Positions 25,281 to 35,665 of a DNA stretch of 64,000 nucleotides are shown in pieces. The position numbers and the translations under genes are program-made. The DNA comes from Fimbriosthenelais zetlandica (lineage: Eukaryota). Where the stretch lies: contig OZ365115.1 of NCBI GenBank assembly GCA_977030845.1, positions 20,708,001-20,772,000 of the forward strand. The letters are read 5' to 3'. Numbering within the stretch: the stretch's first letter is position 1; each line of letters starts with the position of its first letter. The notes below the pieces were generated by a model. The model was not told the origin of the DNA. It made no database searches and worked only from the letters and a program-made list of their open reading frames with translations.

Positions 25281-26132
25281 GTATGCATTATATGCCTCAC
25301 TGCCGTGCGTTTTTTCTCTGTTCATTTCATCCTGCACTCATCATGTAATTCCATACAGGGCTGAACATGTCAATGAATGGAAATAAAGCAAAGAGACAAT
25401 ACATGTGTGTGACATGGAGGAGGTGTGTAGTTCTACATTTATGACCTACACTTGAACTCTCTTTTCATTGAAATGAGATGATATCCATCCCCATTTCAAT
25501 TTCTTTCATTAATGTAGCAGAAAATCATGCATTATCGCTTGTAATTTTTGCTCCAGTACCTTATCTTTGACTACTTACATAGAGGTATCTCATTTCACGA
25601 GTCGACCATTGCACATGTCTTTTGTTCATTTGAATTCTCGAGCAACCATGTGCAAAAACTAAGGCATTCCCTTCAAATATTAAACTAAATAATTGATCTC
25701 TTAATAATTTCTGACAATTCTGTGAGGACATCCATTGTTTTAAGATGCAGATGTTCAGGGGAAATTCTTTAAATGCCTTTGTAAGCTGTAATAACATTGA
25801 ATACAAAACAGGAAAAAAAGATCCATCGCCAAAGCTTAGGGCTACAGGATCACCCTCGTGGGAACTGGGGAATTCCTGCAGTATATCAAATTTATGAAAA
25901 TTTGATTCAATTAAATTTTAATGGGTCTTAATTTAATTGCCATTACCCCGGCTTGGTATCTGGCTTTTCGATCGCGAAGTACAGCTCCCTGAGAATTTTA
26001 TCCCCTTTTTTAAAAGAAAGTTCTTACCATGGATCTTTCAACTTGTCCTTTCTCCATGAAAAAAACAGAGCAGGCTTAGTATTGGTATGAGTTACATAAT
26101 TCATATCTTCCCTGATTTAATATTCTCTACAG

Positions 26133-26169
26133 GAACTCGGTGCCAAAGCCCTGCCAAGGGCATGATTAA
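26133..26169 (+). CDS. Candidate terminal coding exon (RNSVPKPCQGHD*)
   Basis: Good acceptor ttaatattctctacag|; phase 2 matches the donor at 25281, giving a 135-aa model with the two upstream exons. Confidence 0.2.
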
Positions 26170-29100
26170 ACAGGATGTGACGTCACCGGAAGCTAGCATT
26201 TCTCTCAAGGTTTTCGATAATATTTTTATGTGGGGATTGAAAGAGGTGGTGAGAGATTTTGCTTAGTTGCTCTTGATGGCTGTAAGAAATCATATTACAT
26301 TATTTTGTACTTTCTTTGCACCTGGTGGATGGACCAGATCCCATCGACCTCTTTGGGGTGGATAACATGTCAGGGTAGACTGTACTTTAGTCCCCTGAGT
26401 TGGGTTATACGCCCGGATGTGTGAAAAGTCATGGTGAAATATTTTGTCATGATAATACTTAGATGCTCCTAATATCTCAAAGATCTGGATGAATCAAGCC
26501 TTATATTTCCGTTATCAGTACAGTTTTACCCGTCTCAGTCGATGTTACGCCGAATTTAGACCTATATTCAGTAGATTACATTCAATATCCTCAGTATATG
26601 TAATGCATATTTTGGAGTATTTCAAATAGACTTAGTATTTTCCATGGTTATAGAGGGCCTATATAACAATTTGACGGTTATAGTCGATCAGTTTTAGAAG
26701 CTTGGATGGTGCATTAATAATCGATAGAAAGCAATGGGAATTGAATAACCTCAGGTTTTCTCAACATCTGTGAATTTAGTTCGGGAAAATAACAAGTGAT
26801 GGCGCGATGGTGGGAGAAGCAAGTGGCAGCAAGAACGATGAAAAAATGGAACTAGAAGAAAGGGGAGAATGGAGGAGAGAGAAAACTGACTGATTGACTA
26901 TGGGTTATAATATAGGCTGACAATGGGGTTGGAGGAAAGCGGGGAAGAGGGGAGAAAAACAGAAATATATATTTCCATTTACAATGTACATGGGGAAAGT
27001 CCGGGTTAAGGCCTGTTCGGTTAAATATATATAATTATGTTCATTGAAGTCCCGTTTTTCTTTTTTATCACGGATTATGGCCCTGACATTTTGTACCCCA
27101 CCCAAGTTTTAAAAAGAAAAAACACTTTTTACATGTCATTAATTGAAAGGTTTTGGTCATAATATGAGGTAATGGAAAAGAATTATAGCTTTATGCCTAC
27201 CACCACCTACACACTTTGGTCCCAAATTACCCCTGTGAGGGAATGATACATGGGCAGATAAAAAGGAAGAAAAATATGAAAAATAGAAGATAAATGAGAG
27301 AAAGTTAAATAAAAAAGAGAGGTTTCAATATCAATATCCATGTGGAAAGTAGAGTTGAAAATGATATCTTTCCAACTCAGGTTTGACAGTGGTGACAGCC
27401 ATTTGATCTGATGGGGAAGAGGGAGAAAGATAGGGCTCAGCCTGCCTACCACTGCTGTTGCTTTCATAATCTTTTTTTCAGCTTCTCTCTTTTCACAGAT
27501 GTTGGCAATTTTTGCGAGGTGATTTGGTTTGGATCCGTCTGGGTTCTTGACAGGAGAAGGGCAAGCAAAATCCCAACACGCCAGTGGGGGCGTGTTCGAA
27601 AACCACCGATGTCAGGTTTTCTTTGATAGATTTATATCTTGGAAGGTTGTTGGTCGGTGGCGGAAATGTAGGTTTAAGGTTTGAAATCCTTACAGTCGAT
27701 TCAGATTGTAATAATGAAGTCTTGATATGATTATATTGAACAATGTAGAAAGAGTACTATACAGATGCACAGTTATAATGTTTACAAACACATGTATAGG
27801 CGCCTGTTATATTCCCCGAATCCAAATTAATTTTGTTAAGAAATGAAGCTATTTTACCTTGTATACCATCACTTCCCACGAGAAAACAATATTTAATGGA
27901 TTGTATTATCCTTTTGTCATCATCTGAAGACAAATTTAATGTTACATTTCGTGATCTTGGCAATATATTTAGGACAAGTCATTGATGAATAACAGGATGA
28001 AACAGAACTGTTTATACGGAAAAAGATCATAGGACTTTTCTCAGGTAGATTTTATGAGGAAAACTATTCCTGTTTTACGCAGGGAATTCTGTTCACACTT
28101 GAGAGAATCCCCCGTTTTATTTCATTGGAGTCGATAGTAGTCCTCGGGGTTAAATATTGCCAAAAATACTCCCAAACCCTGGAAGTTGCCGAATGGATCA
28201 CCCTGGGATCTAGCACTGTGCAGGGGGTCCCTGGACCCCGGACTTGCACTCCCCCATGTGGGAATATTCCCAACTAACGGGGGTCCAGAGGGCTACACTA
28301 TGCGACTCCAGTGAACGTCAACACCTTGAGGGCTTAAGATGAGTGGTGTACGACCAGGTCAGATATACTCAACTTTTCTTATCTCTCAAAGACCCCTACT
28401 ATCTTATCACCTTATCAGGGCAGTGGGTGGATGCAGGAATACAGCCCCTATTATTATATATGTGACAATGGGATACTGCCCTCAACCCATACCCCCTCCC
28501 TGTATATATAGCGCTCGATCTTCCTGAAACTTGTGTGTTCGGTGTGAATATCTTGGAATATTGAGTCCCTGCAGGAAGGGAGAAGAAACAAGTCTCTATG
28601 CACACACCCATGTCTTAAAACGGGCAAATGGGTTTGAATCTATGCAGAAAATAGAGTGTGATTGTCCAGTGTTTTCTCCCCCCCCCCCCCTTTTTTTAAT
28701 TTTTTTTTTTTTACTGTATGTCTATTATTTATAGAATTCCCCCCCCCCCCCAAAAAAAAGGGGGAAAAATACTCACATGCACATATGAAATGTTATCTAA
28801 AATTGCAAGGTGTATCCTCCATGATATTTCGACGGGCTTCTATTGTTTCTCCGTCTTTTCTTCCCTTATGAAACAACAATGTTTTTTGTTGAATTAATGA
28901 AAGTCAACAATTCTTTTTAGAAATTGTTTTATAGAATCTGTTGTCATGATAACAGGAACTATAACTATGATGAACATAAATCTAATTTTGTGTCAATTAG
29001 ATACGGTATTTTAGTTTGCATATAATTATAACGCTTCGTTACGTATAAGGAACATGTTTTAAAAGACGGTTTGATCTTTTTAGATTATGCATCTATAAAG

Positions 29101-30129
29101 CCAGTTTTTATATGTTATCAGTGAGTCAGTACTCGTGTTTTGTCGCATTATAACGTGTTTTATCGCTTTTCAAGAAGACTATCGCTCATCAGCCTGTATA
29201 CGTGTTTGCTAATTAGGCTCAAAAACATCATTTTACGTTGTTATGAATATATATTTCAGCAGTGAAACATGCGTTCCATACTTGTTTTGTGAATTTATAT
29301 CAAGTGACATGTTTATATAAGAGCAGTTAGTTACATAAATCATCGTAATTGTCAGTTGAATTATAACTTAGATGAAGGTTATAAGAATTCTCGGAAACCT
29401 TGAAAATATCCATTTATTCGTATTTTATTTTGTTAATTAGGGGAATTTATATATAGATCTGCGTTTAAGAAAACTTCTTGACAGAATATTGGTATTGCCT
29501 AAAGTTATATCCGCATAATATTAAAACTCAAATTTATTGAAAGCGACGTTAAACCCCATAGACCTACAACTATATTAAAAACCCTGATACACACTGACGT
29601 ATATGATTTTAGTATAAAGGTGAACTTAGCTTGTATCGATTGATTATCAAGTACATGTATGGTATTATATGTCACTGAATTAATAAGTTTCTAAGCACTG
29701 TATAGAATCGGCGGGTATTGTATGAGTATCCATTATTTCTATATCTGTATTGAAGGGAGGGCCTCATATATTCCCTCATTGACATTTTGACTCATATTTC
29801 ATCTCTAGTTTTCATTCATCTTGTCCAACTTTCCTCCCAACGTTGAAATTATCAAAAAGACTGCTTTTATTGCAGCTAGGCTCAATCCTGCCCAAGTTGC
29901 CATCTTGCCTTTCTAATTCAAACAGCTTAATTGTCTGGATATGTTTCTTTTAACCTACCCAATACATTACATAATGCAGTAGGCCTACTCCCAGTGAGAT
30001 TTGACTCCTTGGCTAAACTTCTTCAAAATATAATATGAGACTATTTTAAATGGAAAATATAATTTAAAACGTCTCGTATTGCATCAATAGGAAGTAGATG
30101 TGAATACAAAATAAATCAAATTGCATTTG

Positions 30130-30835
30130 TTAACTATAGAAATGGCCAGTGATCATTCTAGCTTGTGTAGATAGTCCGTTATGGACAGACATCTGACGGG
30201 GTGTTCTAACAGTCAATTTTCCTCCGGACTGCCTTGCTGGGCGACCCGTGACTCTGAACCAAATTGCCCCCACTCTGGTTGAAGGCCGATCCTCTATTTG
30301 AAGTGACAATTAAAACGTGTCATTGACGTGACTGCTTGCTATTTGGAATTCGTTTGAATATTGGGCAACAGCAAAAGAAAAATTAAGGCTATCATGCCTA
30401 GCGTTTGAAAAAATGTATAATTTCCCCATTTTCTTAAAGTAATGGGTATTGCTGCTTGCTATGTTGTATAACGTATTGGCGCATAGTGCCTTCATCTAAA
30501 TTTTGGATACATCTACTGCCAATAAGCAATTCCCAAGGAAATATACCTTCTGATGAAGATAATGTATTTCCATAAACCCAGCACTAACATATGCTTGTTT
30601 CGTGGTCAGCGTTTAAAATTACTTAAACCTAAAAGAAAATATAACCATCAATGTATTGTGTATGTGTATGCTATAAACCAATTAATTTTCCCATTGGTTA
30701 AAATCCACCATAAAATTAGTCACAGATCGTTTTTGTCTCGGTGAGAAATTTCAAATTTATCACATATTTTTCCCGATTTCTGAGCCACATAATTATTCCT
30801 GAAAACCTTCTTGAAACTTTCATACCTCGCGTCAT
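30130..30835 (-). other. Putative divergent spliced transcript with 57-aa Arg-rich sORF
   Basis: Minus exons end at 31131, span 30826-30891 (acceptor tttctttcttttatctgtgttatag, donor GAG|GTATGA) and start at 30293. The spliced frame MTREDRPSTRVGAIWFRVTGRPARQSGGKLTVRTPRQMSVHNGLSTQARMITGHFYS* has no recognisable homology. Confidence 0.2.
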
Positions 30836-31399
30836 CTCGTCATAAAACGTTCACCAAAAGTGCAAATCAAAGATATTTTTCCCATTAGGGCCTATAACAC
30901 AGATAAAAGAAAGAAAATCTTGTTTATTTCCTCGTCCTAAGTTTTCAGACTTGACGGGAAATTTTCGTTGATTACTTTTAGAACTGTATTTCGTCCTTTT
31001 TCTAATACACTATAAAAGGGTTTCCCAAAAAGTCACTGCAGGTGTGAGTGTTACCCGATTTCGAATTTCGTTGCCAAATATTCTTATTTCCTCAATTTTT
31101 CGCTATCATCATTACCACTTGTTTATTTACCTGGCTTTTTGCAAATAAGATTTGGCCTTGAAATTCGTGACTTTCGCCTTAGGCCCGGCAAGATATCAAT
31201 AACTTGACTTGCCTGATACTAATTGGCGTATCATTTCTTTTAATTCAACCAATTTTTGGCTCTGTCACGCCATATTTTGGATATTTAAGTTTTGATTTGA
31301 ATTTCATTGTCTTTACCTTCAATATTGCGCCTATTTCGCTCCACCTAAAAACCTATTCACTCACCAAGTATCCTACTCCGCCGGACGCTGGGTCCACCT

Positions 31400-31510
31400 C
31401 GATTCCTCCGCGTAGTCTGTCAATCACGCGGCCTCCGTTTTTTTGATTGGCTGGCTCGGTATCACGTGGGGGTAAGTCCTGGGCGGGGTTTGGACGCCGG
31501 AAGAATTCCT
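31400..31510. promoter_or_regulatory. CpG-island-like, probably bidirectional promoter
   Basis: Dense CpG; ATTGG (CCAAT box) 31446; CACGTG 31463; GGGCGGGG 31481; CCGGAAG 31497. Donors point outward on both strands (+ GTGAGT 31640; - CCAG|GTAAAT 31130). Confidence 0.6.
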
Positions 31511-32112
31511 ATGGTATGGAGTCGACTGGCGATCCGGGGAGGCGAGTGAGCAAGAACCGATTGAAAAAGCTGTCCGACCCTTGAAAACTGAAGAGGGGCT
31601 TGTGGGGACGAGGAATGAACATTAACTGGCAGTCTATGTGTGAGTGACAAGTATTCTCTTTTTCATGGATCCAGTTTTGGCGAGGGATGGTCAGAAAACC
31701 CAGATTTTGAAATGAAATCAGTATAGTTAGCAGTTACGATGGGGATCGAGACTTGCCCCAACCCCAACCGTTCTCCCCCCTCAATGTTATATAACAAAGA
31801 CCACTGACTCTCCCTAGATGAAAATAGGCCACTATATATACATCTGCCATCATCCTGTTCCATATATTTACATTCAACCCCATAATTTTTATACAAAGTC
31901 TTAGATTATATCTCATTTCTTTCTGGATCCAAGAACAAGAATTATTATCTATGCAGATAAACTAATGGTTTTATTAAATTATAATTCAAGTGAATCCGGC
32001 AAATATGCAATTCATGCCCACAATATTACCATGAGCAAAATACATATACCTACTAAACTTATTTCTTAAAATCATTTCCCTAAATAAATCACGCATATAT
32101 CCCCAAACCTGG

Positions 32113-32179
32113 AACCTGTTTCAAAGGGAATATTAGCCATATAGACTTAGCATTGCTAATATTCCTTTTGAAACAGGTT
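32113..32179. repeat. 25-bp inverted repeat with 17-nt loop (hairpin)
   Basis: aacctgtttcaaagggaatattagc (32113-32137) / gctaatattccttttgaaacaggtt (32155-32179); 24/25 Watson-Crick plus one G-U on the + strand. Confidence 0.9.
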
Positions 32180-32735
32180 ACAGCTGGTCCTGTTCATAGT
32201 TTATAATAATTATCATGGTAGAAACACACGATCGAAAGGATAAATATATATACATTGTATGCTATTGATGTACACAAATTCAGATTTATTTATTCCCGAA
32301 ACTATAAATGGTATTAAAATTTCCTTTCCACATATTCGAGGAAGACAGCGTTTTGCTGACCTCTAATATGACTATGGTGATAAGCCTACTACATAATTTA
32401 CTTCGAAGCTTAAGTTTATTTAAGGTTAGTTTCATTATTGTTCTGTTATTATGACAATTTATTTTGTTGTGCCGCTAGTGTCTTCAATTTTGCTGAGGAC
32501 TATTTACTGAATACAACATGAAAAAAATGTTATTGTATAACAGTCGAAATCTTTAGGGCAGGCCAACGACGAATACATTATTTTAATCTCTTTAATTAAT
32601 TTAAGCTCGTTTTGTATCGATGAGCGTTAAATATTTGTATACATTTAAAAAAAATATTATTCTAGAACGTTTAATATAACACTAATATTGGTCGATTATT
32701 CACAAACTACATTAACGGCCTTTTCTAAACCTCAG

Positions 32736-33020
32736 GCTTCATGGGAGGCGTCCAAGCACTGGGTTGTAAAGAGTCTATACACGAATAGTGAAAGACGCTG
32801 GGTGTGGGAGAGTGACCATGCAGAAAAAGCAGTTCATTTGTGGTGACCACAAACTGCTATGCTGTGGTTTGGGGTTTACATGAAAAGTTGTCAAAGTTAC
32901 ATGTTCCTTCTGTACACTCCCAGATGTTCAAAGCAGTATACTTGCAACAACTTTTCTCACCCAGCTTGTCAAATTCACACATTTTACAAAGCGCTCAAGG
33001 GCACGCAAGGTCAAAAACAG
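32736..33020 (+). pseudogene. Degenerate C2H2 zinc-finger exon (TFIIIA-like linkers), frameshifted
   Basis: After acceptor ttttctaaacctcag|, pieces in alternating frames read ...ERRWVW..., HAE/KQFIC-GDHKLL-CCGLGFT*K, LSKLHVPSVH, KQYTC-NNFSHPA-C, LKG/HARS. This is repeated [KR]x[FY]xC...C-x3-F...H-x4-H with a stop and several frameshifts. Confidence 0.35.
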
Positions 33021-33800
33021 AAAAGAAACATCAAATGAACAAATATTGATACATACTGCATACATCTGATGAAAATCATACAAAATCTTTAATTCGTTAA
33101 TAAACAAGAATTATTATAGCAAGAAAACTACCAAATCTACTTTGAGCGTTTCAACCAATTTTCTTAGCTGGAATACCCTGATTTGTATTTGAATTTATAA
33201 GGATAATTTTCAGATCATTTTCTGATCATTCATCATCATTTTCAGCTAATGTCATCAGTGATAACTTTTCAATAAATTTGTCAAAGTATGACTTTAAATA
33301 AATTTACATTTTATCTTCTAAAACTCTCGTATGTGAGATGTAGATCTCAAAATATTGGAATGACCTTGACGCTGAAACGGCCTATATAAATAAGCATACA
33401 TTAAATGGGGGCTTAGGTAGACCATGATTAACAATTCGACTGAATAAAGCTTATATTGAATGCCAGGGATTGGATGATCATTTGAACTAGTGTAACTGAC
33501 AGTGTCACACCTCAGTTCGCCTATACATACACTATTCAAGTCATGTCCCCTCAAATACTGTCACAATACTAGCTTACACTACAGGCCTATAAATACTATA
33601 GTCAGTGCCACGCCATGGTTTATGGTGAATATATAGGGCATTTATATCCATAATGACGGCTTTTCTACTGCATTCAAATGAGGTAGCCTGTCTTCAATTG
33701 AGATATTGATTAGACATTTTTATTTAGCAGAGCAGCGTTTACACTCTAAAACTCTGGCGGCATTCAGCGGTCAATTTCTTTTTATAACTGGTCATATTCT

Positions 33801-34086
33801 AGTTATTCCTGGCAAGAATCAGCACATGTCGGATGCGTTTTGTGTCGCCATCAATCGGCGGTCACTGCCAGTAATATCTGGTCAAAGTCGTCCTTATGCG
33901 GTCAAGATCGGTCAATGACAGGAGTAGCCATCATAATACGGTCATTGGCTATTTTTCCCTGGCAAGAATCAGCACATGTTGGAAGCATATTGCATCGCCA
34001 TCAATCGGCGGTCACTGCCAGTAATATCTGGTCAAAGTTGTCCATATTTATGCGGTCAATGGCAGGAGTAGCCATCATAATACGGC
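33801..34086 (+). repeat. 150-bp tandem duplication within left subterminal region
   Basis: ggcaagaatcagcacatgt at 33811 and 33961; tcgccatcaatcggcggtcactgccagtaatatctggtcaaagt and caggagtagccatcataatacgg are each present twice. Confidence 0.95.
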
Positions 34087-34300
34087 CTTCCTAGGCCTTT
34101 TTGAAAGTAGGCATAAAGTGTAGGCCTATAGGTGTAGGTCTATAGCCTACATGCATGCTGGCCTATTTTCTAGATGAACTGACTTTTACTATGCCTATAT
34201 TGCCATTTTTTAAGTCTAAGCCTTAGCCTATATGGCCAGGCTAAATAAGCCTATTATTAGATGCTCGAGCCCTAGGCCTAAGCCAAACATTTAAAATTAA

Positions 34301-34316
34301 TCAATAGGGGGCGCTA
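34301..34316 (+). promoter_or_regulatory. Strong CTCF-like motif
   Basis: TCAATAGGGGGCGCTA versus CCACCAGGGGGCGCTA; the 3' 11 bases are identical. Confidence 0.55.
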
Positions 34317-34500
34317 TGCCTAGGGCTCAAGACATATTTTTTTTAATCATAGGCCCATTTTTAAAAATTAGGTCCATCATAATTTGCAAGCGTAGACCAA
34401 TAAAAGGTCTATTATTATGGGGATAAATTTAGCTTGTTGGCCTAGTCTCGGAGGGACGGGATTGCTTTCAGGTCCACTGGCAGTTGGCGGCAATTTTGGT

Positions 34501-34541
34501 CACGTGGGTAGGCGCCATCTTTGTTTTCGTCGCCATCTTGG
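34501..34541 (+). promoter_or_regulatory. E-box plus tandem YY1 motifs (internal promoter)
   Basis: CACGTG 34501, GCGCCATCTTTG 34512 and CGCCATCTTGG 34531 match the YY1 consensus CGCCATnTT; donor ACG|GTAATT at 34602. Confidence 0.5.
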
Positions 34542-35277
34542 ATAGAAGAAAAACAGACTGGCGCATGGGGAAGGAAGAGAGGATTGTACACCATTTACAC
34601 GGTAATTTCTTTATTTTCTGACATTATGATTTTGCTTGACAATCACATTATAACAATGTGATAAGTGGAATATCAGATCTGCTTCCAAGACATCACTGTT
34701 AGCACCTTGAGCCCGACCGCTCGCTCGCTCATTCATTCATTCTTTCTTTCATCATTATGATTATCGCACATGCCCATAAGGCTCTCTTAGCTTTTAATAT
34801 AGGCCTAGTAGGGTGGAAGCACGAAAAGATGCAGGTATTGCTATGGTAATTCAGGTCCCAATGATGTGAAAGAACAGACATGATATAATATGTTTAGGCC
34901 TTTCTAAGTTTAATATGGAAGAAAATCTCCCCCACAGCCATGGTCCACGCAGCAATCTTGACCACTGCCGGCTTCTGCTGCAGTGACGGCGGCAGGGGAA
35001 ATAGGCCTACCCCGGGAGGCCTACCGAGTCTGAGCGGTCTCATGACCATGACATGTGCGAGGCTATAGCCCTATTATTACGATAGAGATAGACCTGCAAT
35101 TCACCTATAGGCCGACTAGCCAATAATTCTGGGATAGAACATATCCTTTTTAATATTATTATTAATATTCATTTTAACTTTCTCTAGGCTACCTGCAACT
35201 TCACCGAATCACGTGCCAGTTTCTGATAGGCCTATAGGCCTACACCTACATATGGGCTAAGACATCAAAATCTGAAG

Positions 35278-35639
35278 ATGTCAGAGGCCGTGACTGTTGG
35301 ACTGGATACCCGGTAAGTAATAAGTAAATTTCATGTATTGATTTTTAAGTTTCATGGCAGTGGAAAAGTCGATAAGATGATGGAACCTGTGTATAAACAT
35401 TGTGGTACAATAGGTAAATCGATTTTTGTTTTAAAAATTGTATAAATGCAACACTCGCAGTTCTACATGTCGCTACAAGACAAGCAAATGCTAAGTCTGT
35501 ATCTTATATTTTCAGATTATTCATGGGTGTGTCGCCTGACAATGGAAACAAAACGACCACAAAGAAGGGGAAAATGGAAATTCCTCAAAGGGTTGGGACC
35601 TTCATTCGACAGTTTACAACATTCCAAGAACAAGCGTAA
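35278..35639 (+). CDS. Spliced 52-aa sORF inside the element (MSEAVTVGLDTR|LFMGVSPDNGNKTTTKKGKMEIPQRVGTFIRQFTTFQEQA*)
   Basis: Exon 35188-35312 (tttctctag| ... CCG|GTAAGT) joined to exon 35516-35685 (tattttcag| ... |GTAAGT). It overlaps the psq remnant in another frame and may be chance. Confidence 0.2.
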
Positions 35640-35665
35640 ACAATTATTTAAAGCGTGATACATAA
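35540..35665 (+). pseudogene. Remnant pipsqueak-type (HTH_psq) DNA-binding motif
   Basis: QWKQNDHKEGENGNSSKGWDLHSTVYNIPRTSVNNYLKRDT* resembles WSEEDLxxAIxAVxxGxSxRxAAxxYxIPRTTLxxxLKG. It is preceded by an in-frame TGA (35537) that could be a CGA>TGA CpG transition. Confidence 0.35.

Noticed and set aside
25561-25920. ~110-codon minus-strand open frame with a GTAAGT donor at 25577
   Set aside because: No ATG, no recognisable domain, and no compatible neighbouring exons found.
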